A DNA stretch of 64,000 nucleotides, from positions 124,001 to 188,000 of the forward strand of contig CAJNYD010000293.1 in the NCBI GenBank assembly GCA_905331295.1. The letters are read 5' to 3'. Within the stretch, counting starts at the first letter, position 1; every line of letters starts with the position of its first letter. The stretch is from Rotaria socialis. Taxonomy: Eukaryota. A program made the position numbers and the translations under genes. The notes beneath the pieces were generated by a model that saw only the letters and a program-made list of their open reading frames with translations, was not told the DNA's origin and made no database searches. Below, one piece after another: positions 29,501 to 41,700 of this stretch.

Positions 29501-29752
29501 TCATAATGCCAACGTATACGTTTAAAATTTATATGATGTGATGTTTGACAAACATGATAAATAAATGCATTTGGTTTATAAATAACAGTTAAATTATGTA
29601 AGTCACGAATAAATGATAGTGCAAATGTAGTTCCTGAGTTTTTTTTTTATGAGGAGAAACATGCTTTAAAAAAACAGCAAAAACAATCGGTCAAGTTTTT
29701 ATTTACCTTGAATGAACATCCAGAATTGGTAAATGAACCAAACTACGATCAT
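5728..29752 (-). CDS. Lar: LAR-family (type IIa) receptor protein tyrosine phosphatase, multi-exon: signal peptide, 3 Ig, ~8 FN3, TM, PTP D1, PTP D2
   Basis: First exon 29752-29707 gives [20 protein letters not shown]. Ig motifs include [11 protein letters not shown] and [16 protein letters not shown]3 exons lie at ~27780, 27470, 26080, 24206, 19971, 13996, 12349 and 10054. TM is [24 protein letters not shown]1 has [16 protein letters not shown] and QTEEQY. D2 has WPEQGVP and VHCSA|GAGRTG. The C-terminus is [23 protein letters not shown] (TGA at 5730-5728). Confidence 0.93.
12452..12578 (-). CDS. Putative alternative first exon of the LAR gene (signal peptide) for a short-ectodomain isoform
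   Basis: [27 protein letters not shown]... ends at a phase-1 donor (C|gtaaga) compatible with the phase-1 acceptor of the FN3 exon at 12349. Confidence 0.65.
14094..18210 (+). CDS. Nested antisense gene in a LAR intron; low-complexity N-terminus plus C-terminal NUDT9-like (ADP-ribose pyrophosphatase homology) domain; exons ~14094-14157, 14242-14478, 14536-14658, 16891-17124, 17182-18210
   Basis: The GT-AG junctions are phase compatible and 17182-18210 is fully open. Motifs [44 protein letters not shown] and [14 protein letters not shown] parallel NUDT9 (NPxGRTGxxGRGLLGRWGPN; YVDDPRNTDNAWME). The 5' exons are less certain than the last exon. Confidence 0.75.
14685..15370 (+). mobile_element. 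Non-autonomous Mutator-like (MULE) deletion derivative with a FLYWCH zinc-finger fragment
   Basis: Imperfect TIRs of ~135 bp (14691-14826 and 15232-15367) contain repeated AATTGCGACC. Flanking near-direct repeat aaaaatctg/gaaaatctg is 9-bp TSD-like. Internal peptide is [29 protein letters not shown]...GENHKHEP. Confidence 0.75.
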
Positions 29753-32700
29753 AGCCAATCAATTCAATCAAATGATTGCTATTTTCTTCTCTCTAGTTTT
29801 TAATTCAAATCATCTATAAATCGTTTTTCTATTACTGTCTATTGAAGAAAAAAGAAGAAAAAAAAGAGCAATAATAATTTGAATGATGTAATTTTACTGT
29901 ACACAACGACAACCGATACAGGAAATGCCATCATATCGGGCCTTGCACATTCGCCTATCGGGTAGTACGATTGAAAAGAGGGAAAGAGAGAACAAGAAGA
30001 GGGAGTAGTCTTTGATATAGATTCGATTAGCTCTATCCATCTAGCTGACAAACTTTTTTCTTCTTCTTATTCTTCTTCATTTTCTCTGCCTCTTAGAATC
30101 AACAAAAAGAAGGAAGGAAATGAAATGAATCATTTTTTGCTCCCCTATGCGCGGTCACTGACAAACTAGTTCCGTATCATAATCATTGCATTTTCCATCT
30201 TTGAAATGATCACTAATATATTTATCATTAATTTTAACAAAAGAGCAAAGAAACGAAGGAAACGATAATGAACAAGAGTCTCCTAAGACATATTTAGTGA
30301 AGAGTTTTTATTTTATTTATTGTACAATACGTTTCTTTTTTGTTTGATTCTATCTCTAAAAATCGTTTATTTATCTTTATTCGAATGATTTATATCTCAA
30401 ATGATGCTACTTATGTCTCTATTGTTGATGATAGTCGATATGTTTAAGAATGTGTGGAATCGGTGAAAGTCGAGCACGTATTGTCAATGATCATTTTCTT
30501 TCTTAACGAACTATTCATTGCTTATCTATTGTCTTTTGACTGTATAACTGCTGTCTTTGTTCTCAAACATATACAGATAGATAAAAATGAACGAATAAAT
30601 AACGTTTGTATCAATCGACAAATCGTTAAACAATTACAAATCGTACTATGAAAGACATCTAAGTGATAAACGCTTAAAGGGGTTGGCAGATATTTCATCT
30701 CTTATTTTCTTCTTCTTCTCCTCATTGAAACAAGAAGAAGAAGAAGAAGAAGAAGAAGAAAAACCGATAGTTTATATGAATGATGTCGGCATGAATGAAG
30801 ATGATGATGATTTATTTATTGAGTAAATTGAATGCTGCTGCTGACCAATCCGTGGTACTGACTAGAAGACTGACCTTGTCAAACTGATAGACGCCGTCGT
30901 CGTCGTCGTCGTCTGAACGAAACAAACTGTTCAATATAAATCACTTGTCTTTGAATAATGCCATTGTAATACAATATTATAAGAAAATGAAGAGGAAAAA
31001 TAGGAACTAATTAGTTACTCTTCTTTCTATTCCCGGAATGCACATTTTTGTGTTCATACACATATACTATAAACAGATGAGCGGCTGATTTCCTTTATTT
31101 TCCTTGTACACATGGAAAGATGTGGAAAAAAATTTCCAATCTATTTTTCTGACTTTCTTGCTCTTCCCGCTTTCCTCGTTTTCTACTGTTGTTATTATTA
31201 TTATTATTGTCGTTTTTTTTGCCTTACATGTTCACGTCCATTCTTTTCTCGTTCCTTGTTAAAAGGGTCACCAGGCGGAGAAGTGGTTTGCGATTTTGAT
31301 TATCGTCTTTCCTTTCTTTTTTTCTTCTTCTTCTTTAGCTTGCTTCTTTTTTTCAATAGGCAAGAAAAAAAACCAATGTGAGAAAGAACAAGGTTGTAAC
31401 AACACTTATTCAATCAACATTTGGGAACGGCAACAAGCTGATGACATCAGCTCAGACAAGATGACTATAGAACCAACACAATAAAAATCGTATTATTCAA
31501 TAGATAGCATGCGTGCATGAGTAGAATGAATGAATGAATGTATACGTGTATATGCACGTGTAAAAGAATCTTGATATGAGCAGAGAAGTACTACGATTAT
31601 GACAGTAGTGTCGTCTAATTATACATGAAATCTTTAGATACAGTCCTTGGAGTTATTCACAGTTGTTCGGTTTTTGTCAATGTGAAGGTAATAAGGAACA
31701 CGCTGTATGCTATTTGTAATGAATGAGACGTAGCTAGGCATGTGTGCAGCCTCCTGCTAATAATTACTAATCACCATCCTAGTTGGGATTAAACCTGCTG
31801 GTTTGTTTGCGCGACGTGGTGGAGAGAACTCATTTTGCAATAAGCACACAGTTATTTCCGGAACCTTGACGTAATGACACAACGGTGATAATCTATCACG
31901 GTATACATACCATAAAAGAGCACATCGCCTGTCTGATCGGAATTGCAGAGCACACTTTCAAACAAAAAAGACGATCTCATAAGAAAATAAGCTCGTTTAA
32001 GTATTGTTCCTCGAAACTGTTAACATGCACTACCGGATACGACAAACAAATAGAAATAGGAAAAAGAAAAAAGAATAAAAAGAAAGAATAAAACTTGAAA
32101 AGCACACAACATAACTAAAAAATTAACCTACAGTTGAGTAATCAAATTTTACTCCATTCAATTTGTAGTCTTTCTTTTCTTTTCTTTTCTTTTTATTTGT
32201 CTTCATGTTACCATTGCATCATACAGCTGTCGACTTAAATTATCGCTAAAATAGACCGGTCACGCCTTTGTGGTCTATTGTAAACAAGAATATTGTATAG
32301 TTATTGTCTAGCTATAGATGTCATCGAAATATAATCTCTTGAGAGAGATTGTATGTGAGTATGTGATTACTGTTTGTAACCCGTGTTTTCCGCCTTAAAT
32401 CGGCAAAGAAAAGGGGAAGAAGAAAAAAGAATGAAGAAAATTTTGCTAAACAGAAAAGAAGACTTATGTGCCCATACATAATTTAATCATTTCTTTTTAA
32501 GCAGAAGTCCTTACCGAAACAGAAGACGGTGAACTAACAATATCTTGATTTCTCAAGCGGGTCGTTTTTTCCTTGTTCTCTTTTCTTTTTTTTGTATAGA
32601 GAAAAGTTTTGGCAAGTGTGGATTAATCTGCGGTTGAATGTGATAGAAGCATGTCCTATTATCACAGTAACAGCCGTACAAAATCGATAAACTGTCTAAT

Positions 32701-33428
32701 GGTGACTGAGAACAAGAAAGATTATTACCATCGATGATCTATTTTTTCGTTTGTTATTTGTTCTCTGTTAACAATTTTCTATGATCTCTTTTGTCCAAGC
32801 GCAACTAATCGATTTTTCAGGAAAAAAAAACATGCATACACACATACATACTTCTATATTGACTTGGTTTTTCTTTTCTTCGATCAATGTCGTTGTTATA
32901 TATAAATCTATAAATTACTATAATTATATTCAATAAAAAATATCTATTTATATATCTAAATAGAAATGTGTAATAGTATTGATTGATTGTTTGCTTGTAT
33001 AAGGCTTCATGTTCATCAAGACAGGAGAGAAATCGATGGTTGTCATATTACTATTAGTCAGTTAGTGCCCTTAAGCAATTAAGGCACAAGCGAAACAGGA
33101 TGAGCATTTAGTGCTACAGTGATTTCAATTATCGGATAAGTATGCACCGAAGATCGTGCAGCACTATTCCTAACTATACTACAACACTGATCGTATCAAC
33201 GCAACAACTTCCGTTGCCAATGTCGCTTTTTCCATCATCGTTGACTATTTGTCCAATGGATGGCGATAGGCTCTTCTATTTTTTTTCTCGCTCATCAAAT
33301 CAATAAAACTCGGATTAGACACACATATGAATATACATTGGCACTAACTCATTCGCATTCTGTCTTTTTTCCTATTGTCTGTGTTTATATAAGGACACAT
33401 TTTTGCTATTAATTAGCTGAACACAAAT

Positions 33429-33461
<33 letters not shown>

Positions 33462-35870
33462 AATTCTTCCGTATAATCTAAGTAACTATGAATGAACATT
33501 ATATTAACCTCTTCCATCAAGAGCAGTGATCCATTCATGTCTTATTAGAATAACAGTTATTCAACTATGTATCGGATCTATTAGATCATCTTATATTTCT
33601 TTGAATAAAACACAAGGAAAATGCTAAGAAGTTATTTTAAATGCACACATAACTAAAATTAACAATGAGAACACATATAACGGTTTCATCATTCGACGGA
33701 GATCATTTTCTTCTTCTTCTTCTTCTTCTTTTTCTTCTGCTTCTATCGAATCAATGAATAGATCCGGCCAGTAATGTGCATTGACTATGAATTATAGCAA
33801 ATAGACTTCATTCAACATTGTTATATTTACTTGGGATTGACTCCAATATAAGAAACTTAAACATGCACGATCACAAAGCTTACCATAATATTCAAAGCTA
33901 CTCAATTCGTTGTTAGTAATTAATTTCGTTAAAATGGAGTGTAATTTGTATTTAAATCGACATACGTCAACAAAATAGATATTGTGGAGTAGAGAATCTC
34001 TTGAAGAGCTTTTAATGCAATCAATTCATAGAGAAAATAAAATGTTCTATATTTGTTTTAATAGTAACATTTTGATTTATTAGCTTCTTGATTTCTCTAT
34101 TGTCAACATCGATTCATAAATCGATTTTATTAACAAACATATTTCATCATAAATAAGCTATGCATTTTGTTTTTTAATCACTAAATTCGATTCTCATTTT
34201 TTTTTGTATCCTGTGTCCTTCCTGGTTATGTAATAGAAAAATAGCTTCTCTCACTATTGCCAATAGAAAATATCAGATATCGATAATTGTAGAAAAATAT
34301 CTTTCATATCAGCTATGAAGACTTTTTTCGCATATATTGTTGAGATTATTTTATCGCTTTAATAAAGACCAAATCACATATGGAAATTTCTACTTGTATC
34401 TATCGTAACATAACTGCTATTAATCGACACCTGATCTGTTTCTATGAAGAATTTTAAGCGATCCTATGATTGAAACTATCCAATAATACAGCAGATAAAC
34501 TCCGATTGAATGAAAAATTATAGTATCTTTAAACATACCTTTGTTGTTCATTTTTGAATACAATTTATAATAGAATAACTTTGGACTTTCTTATTTAAAA
34601 TGCAAAATTTTTTATGAGTTCTCAAAAAAAAAATCCAAGTGAGCTCTTCAACGAGCGAAAGTTCGTTATGAAGTGCTCATAGAATCTCTTGAGAATGTAT
34701 AGAAAAATTCATGATTTGTATATTTTGAACTAAACTGCAACGCTACATGAATATTAATTAACAACAATCGATTGTATTGTTTTTTTCTCGATTAATCTTA
34801 ACAAACAAACTTTATCAATAAATATTAACTTATAGAAATCAATTGTATTTATTACTAATTTTGACAAAAACTTCAATAGTAACTGTTATTGTAGAAAAAG
34901 AAAAGAATCAATTCAATTGTTGTCATTTCAATCAATCTTAACAACAACAACAATAAACATAATTTCTAATCTGTCAAATTACTTTTTCTTATATACGGGG
35001 AACAAGAAAGAAAAGATCAAATTGCCCTTGTTTTCATACAGAATAGGCATACGTGAATATAATGATAGATGACATCGCATACGAATGCCTACAATAATCG
35101 TAAATTCTTATCATGTGTTTTGAAGAAATCTCAAATGGCTTCCTTGTAAGTTCCGCACAAATCTCTAAGCTTTACAACGGGCCACTAAGGGGAATTGACT
35201 AACAAACATATTTCAATGTATAATATTTAGCATCAATAAATTTTCCATGTAAATTGGATTTGATCTCGCTTTTTTCTTTTAATGTATAACATATATCATA
35301 ATAAGAAGAATATTACCTGTCTCACGTCAGCATCTTTTTCTTCTTCCTTCAAATTCTCATAAGTAATTAGACAAACTATTTTTAACTTTTCTTCAGATAG
35401 TAATTATAATTAAGTAATCAATATTCATTCGATGTTACATATATATATATATATTTATTTATTTATTTCTTTGAATTCAATTTATTTTTTCTATTCCATT
35501 GTAAGAGAAAGAAAAGGAAAGAAGAACATTACACGAGTCAAATATGAAGAAGTGAGAGAGAAAAAAAAGAGAATCAAGTTGATAATATGATGATCTTATA
35601 CACAATTCAAAAAATAAGAAAAGATGTAGATATCTAGAGATCAACACGCTAATACAACAATAACAATAACAAAAGGAAAGAAACCAGATAGAATAGGTTT
35701 CATTCGATTCCACAGAAAGAAAAAAATATATATATATAAATAACAAACATGTATCATCATTTCCGAAAGCACAGTGCTGATTGAACAATAAACAGAACAA
35801 TAACAAGTACAACAACAACAAAAAGAAGATACATATAGATCGAGAAAAAGAAAGATATTTGACAATAAAC

Positions 35871-37892
35871 TCATTCAGTGGCTAATTTGTGGATAAGTGT
35901 TCGCTGTTGCATACAAAATAAACTTGCTTGTGATAATTGTTCATGTTCATAACGTTTGGTAAGAATTTCACATTCTTTTGAATTTGTTCCTGCTAAACAT
36001 TTGTCAATAAATTGTGCTAAAATTTTGACGCCATTTGACATTGATTCATATGTTTTATATGGAGAACGACTTTGTAATTCTTGTGGCCAACATTGGTCAA
36101 ATGTTAATGGTTGATTTGGATTGAGAATATAGCGTGCTATATATGTTGCACTTGCTGCAACAAGTGACGGAGCCAAACCAACACAGGATACATTCAGTAA
36201 TGACATATCGATAAGAAATTTACCAATAGCATGTTGTTCATCACCGGCACTTGATACGAATGAAAAACGACGAAGAAATTGAAGGCTAAAATGTTTTTTT
36301 TTCGAAATGACAAAGCATGTTATTTTGATTTTAATGCAGAATAGAAAATTTTACCTTGTAGGTCGATTAAGTTCAAAGCGTAATTCATGCAGAATTTTCT
36401 TTTCCATTTTTTTTACTTGATCACTTGTATATGTATGATCAGTAACATAGACAAGTTCATCAACAGGTGGATGATGAGTTTCCTAGATGAAAAACAGTTT
36501 ATGTCTAACGAGAATTGATATATCGCTTTCAAAAGTAGATGTTATAAACAATGACAATCTAGATTAGTTTTGGTCATTTTTTCAAATAATTCGATACTCA
36601 AATTTTATCTGATTGTTTACGAAGGAAAACCTTTTCAATGATAATTTTACTTACTTCAACTTTAGCGGCAATCAGAAATGACGCTACGGCAATTAATTGT
36701 AGATTTTTTTGTGTAACAAATCCAGCGCCAGCTGTTGTTGAATTAATACACTGTTGAAGAAAACGATCAAGTAAGCCAATACAACTAAATGACGGACAAA
36801 AACAACTTATGTTAATCATTGTCATGAAAAGATTTGAATACGAAATCAGTAGTTCTATCTAACTCTATATATACACTAGAGAAATGATACTTTCAAAGCG
36901 ATTCTTTAAAGAAAATTCAAGTACTAGACTGAAATGCAACCGTTTACAACAAGATATGCCTTCTTACATATGCATGGCATCTTGAGATAAATGAAATCGC
37001 GCATAAAATAATTGTATAATCCATCCGACAACAGTAGTTCGATGTTTTGTTGTAAGTTTCCATGGTCGCGAAGCACTACCATTTGCCATTGTAGCCATCG
37101 TTGTCAACGGAAATAATGTTGTTGTTGATGCACTGGTTAAAAATGTTGATTGTATAGGATATCGTTTTTCTAATGCATACAATAAATTCATGATATCAGC
37201 AACATAATCCATAGCATATGTTGGATCAATCGGTTCATCATCTTCATCTATATGTAAATCATCGCTAGTTAAAGCCTGTTCGATTATATCGATTGTTATC
37301 TCTTCAGCAGCATATTTATCAAGTAATTGTATAGGTATTGGTATTGGTTTTTTACGCAATACATTTGCTGGCAGTGTGGTTGGACGCTTTGATGCACGAT
37401 TTTCTTTATTATCACTATTCATGGAATATTTTGTTTTAGGTTGTTCAACAAGATCCATTTTTTTGACATTTTCAGTTAATGAAGCAACAATCTTTTGGAA
37501 TAGAGACAATCAATAGATAAGTAAAAAAACAAGAAAAAGACCACAATTCTTTAACTTACAACTTGTTTTAATGTTTCACCATCACCAGTGGAGTTATCTA
37601 ATGACGAACCCGAGACAATAACAGCTAATTTATGTAGTGAACGTCGTCGTTTAAAAACAGCAACATTTTTTGTGATTGCACTTGCACGTCGTACTTGTTG
37701 TTTAAGTACGCCGATGGTTGATAAATCATTTTCACTTTTAATATCTTCATTTTGTATCGGTTTCAATGTATTTGTTGTATTAGTAGTTGCTGATGCACCA
37801 AGAATAGAATTACGAATTTTGGATTGACGAGCTAATGAAGCTTTTGTTGGACGTGGTATTATAATTGATGGACGTTTAATTGATGAACGCAT
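35871..37892 (-). CDS. B-type cyclin, divergent; exons ~37892-37560, 37491-36968, 36784-36655, 36482-36356, 36286-35871
   Basis: The spliced cyclin box reads YAMDYVADIMNLL...HRTTVVGWIIQ...RFHLSQDAMHICIGLLDRFL...LQLIAVASFLIAAKVEE...PPVDELVYVTDHTYT...MEKKILHELRFELNRPTSLQFLRRFS. Confidence 0.85.
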
Positions 37893-38354
37893 AGTTGTGG
37901 CTTGAGTTAAAAGAAGAAAAAGGGAACGAAACGATCTAGAAAAAGACGATGAACACTGATAAATACGAAAAAATCACGTCAAGACAAAGAAGCAAGTCTG
38001 ACGATATTTCAATGAGCGATATAGTCAGCCGCGAAACAAAGAACGAAAAAATGAAGATTTTATACATTTGACTAATTTCTATGGAGTTTTTACAGTTTTT
38101 TAATTAAAACTTTCCATAAAATAGATTAAAATAATTTAAAATAAATACTACATTTATGAAGTGCATAGGTGTGTTCGAAATTACACGGAGGTTAAATGAT
38201 CATCGGTCGACACCAATTGAAATGTTTAACCGAGTAACTCGCTCGCTCGTATTTATTCATAGTCATTCGAACATTTTCATCGAGGCGCTATACAGATTGA
38301 TTTATTTACACTTTTTTATTTTATTGTAGATCTCGCATTTTAAAATAATTAAAC

Positions 38355-38485
38355 ATGCGAGCTAAGTGGCGTAAGAAACGTATGCGTAGATTGAAACGTA
38401 AAAGACGGCGTAAGTTCGATAAATCACCAAAAAAAAATGTTTTTTTTTAATTCTAAATTTAGGTATGCGCGAAAGATCGAAATAA
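38355..38485 (+). CDS. RPL41: Ribosomal protein L41 (eL41/eS32), 25 aa; exons 38355-38409 and 38463-38485
   Basis: Splicing out the 53-nt GT-AG intron gives MRAKWRKKRMRRLKRKRRRMRERSK*. It is too short to appear in the ORF track. Confidence 0.96.
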
Positions 38486-38715
38486 ACAATCAATACATCC
38501 AAAGTGAAACACAACCAGATTAATCCAACGGCGCTACAGAATTAATATCTCATAAACTCTGTTTTCGTTGTTTTTATAAAGTTTTGTTTCGTTGATGATG
38601 TTTTAATTGAAAAATGCACAAGAAAATAAACAACAATTGGAAAAAAACATAAAAACAAACAAATTTTCTCTTTTTTTTCTTTTTAATTTCTATAAGTAAT
38701 TAAATAGATTAAAGA

Positions 38716-41700
38716 ATGATATCAGTACGGATTGTTCTCACAGATCATTATCTAACATCGGTTAATTCACAATTCGATCCTGTATATTCTAAACTGCGAC
38801 ATCCGATAAAACAAGTACCAATCATTCGCATATTCGGACCGAATGAAGCGGGTACATGATTAAAAATAAAAAAAATATTCAAAAAAAATCGAAAGAAATT
38901 TCTTGTGAATCTTGTTTTTCAGGAAAGAAAGTTTGCCTTCATGTGCATGGAGTCTTTCCTTATTTACTTGTGAAATCACCCACGGATGAAATACGTTACG
39001 GTGAACAATTGGCGCAAAGTTTAGATATGGCAATTAATTTATCGTTTGAAAAAGGAAATATTGAAACAAAACATGTTCACGACATAAAATTGGTTGAGTT
39101 ATTGTATACATAGCTTGTTTTTTCTTTGCCATTTGATGAAATCGAGAAATTCGATCGGATTTTATTTAGACCTATCTATGGCTATCATGACAAAATGGTT
39201 AAGTTTTGGAAAATTGAATTTTATAATCCTGCGATTATTCGAAAGTAAGACTTCGAATTGATAGAAAAACGTTTAGAACTGGATAAAGAATTCGGAAGAA
39301 TAGTTAAATTATCTTATGAACAGAGTGGCGAAGCAATGGAGTGTAACGCGCCCATATCGTTCAATTCATTGAGGAAAAAATTAAATAGTAGATTTTGAAA
39401 AATTCGAGTTGTCGTGATCGATCGTCAATGTTTTTCGGAGCTTATCACGTAATCTCATATAATGAATTTCAAGAATTGTCTTTTTTTCCACGTTCAGAGC
39501 ATCTGATCTTCTCTTAGCTGGTGCTGTAATGAATCAAGAATTTCAACCCCATGAAGCTCATGTTCCATTCAATCTGCAAGTATGGGAATATCTTTTTTTA
39601 TTACTAGAAACAAAAATAATGTGTTTTCTTTCTTAGTTTTTTATTGATTATAATTTATACGGTATGAACTTTATACTATTCAATAATGCTGCTGAACGGC
39701 AATTATCAAATATGACTAGTAAAAACTACAGAAAGAATTACTTCTTTCATTTTATTTATTCTAATTTAGCGAATCTCTCAGCAGCAACGAATCAAACCAC
39801 AAAGTAAATATTTCTTTCTTAATTAAGGAAGAATAAATCATAGGGTTTTGCAATACAATAGTATATCATCTATACAACGAGTATCATCTTGTAAACTTGA
39901 ATATGATGTACATATCGATGATATTTGTAATAATCTACCTCAATTAGGCCAGTTTCATTAAATTTAACTAGTAATCAATCTACTTGTTATTCTTTCTTTC
40001 TCTCTCTCCATAGGCAAAGGTATTGCTAATCCAGGCTTACAAGCTCTGTGGAATGGTGAACGAACTAGACGAGAACATTTAAAGATTATTGACCGTTTAA
40101 CACCACCAACATCACCTGGTATAACGATCTAAATGAAGTGATTAACTAGTAAAATATTGAGTTCATTTTTTTAAAGAACGTCCTCATGCAAATCCATTTG
40201 TTGCTGAGACTCGTCATCAAGAAAAATTAAAAGCTAATATTCAAAAACGGTAAATACAAAAAAGAAATACACGCTCACGATAGAATTTCATTCTTTCATA
40301 GGCCTCCACCTACTGATGAAGTACTCGAATCGAGCCCTCCAGTTAATCTTGATGATACAACAATAGATTTAGCACGAATTGAACGAGTCAATTCAATGAG
40401 TATGATTGGTTTTAATTAAACCATTTTATGAAGTTTATTTAATCGTCGTAGGTCAAGAAATCGACGATGAAGTTCTCGTACAAATGATGGTCAATGATGA
40501 AATAAGTGATTCACAAGGAATTGAAAATGATAGTATTTTAGCTGGTGTATATTTTTTATTTTAATTTTATAATAAATCATCATGTTTTATATTTTATTTG
40601 TAGCTGATGTCAAACAATTAGATGATGAAGAATTGTTAGATAATGATGTGTAGGAATTTCATCTTTCGTTTTTTTTTAATTTTATTTCTTATTAATGAAT
40701 TATAGAGAAAAAACTGTTGTTAATACTTCAATACTTACATCAGGTATATTTCTAAGAGGATCTAAAAGCAGGTTGAATCTTTATTTTTATTATTAGATAT
40801 AGAATCTGATACATTAAGCGTATTATCACCAACATTGACAATAACAAATAGTGAACCATCATCTCAAACAAGTGAACAAGAGCGAGATGAGATGAAAAAA
40901 TATTTACAAGAATTTTTTGAGGCGTCAACAAATAAAAACGTGCCAATATCATCAAAATATTGTTGGCTAGAAACAACAAATCGACCACCCGTACGTAAAC
41001 GAACGACAAATCTATTGCATCGGAAAATTTCTACACAAATTATTTGTCAAGATATTGAAGATGAAACATCATTTGTTAAATTAGTAAATTTTTCTTTCGA
41101 ATCATTCACTCACATAGTACATTGGTATTATACTATCATAGTTTTCAAACATTCCGGAATTTATTTCCAAGCATCATCAACATACTAATGAAGCAATAAT
41201 TGATATCAATCCTGGTCAAGGGTAATTTTTTTATTTTTTCTTATAAATAAATTTAATTCATTTGTGAAAGTGCTCAATGGTATCAACCATTACAACCGCC
41301 ACCTCATTCTGAGCAATACAGAATACCAATGTCGAAGTAAATACATCCATAAAATTCAACTATTATTTTGCTAATATTTATTTTTTGAACAATAATAATA
41401 GATCATTAAAGAAAGAAAATATATCAAAAAAATCTCGTACGAACCTTCTTCATAAAGAATCATTTTGTATGAATAGAAATGATAATTGTGCGGATAAAGT
41501 TAAACAAACTGATATAATTCATGAGTGTCAGTATTTAACAATAGTTTCGTTTGAAATATTTTGTCATACAAATGAAACATATGCATTTGCACTGGATACA
41601 GATGAAATATGTTCATTATTTTGTACAAAAGCTTATGAGACAACGAATGGATGGAAAATTCAATCATATGTTCTTATCTCCAATAGTCTTTTACGTATTA

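Noticed and set aside
29839..35874. Short hydrophobic or Lys-rich ORFs upstream of LAR
   Set aside because: They are translations of T/A-rich and microsatellite tracts (GAA, CA, TCG). The region is likely UTR or regulatory DNA.
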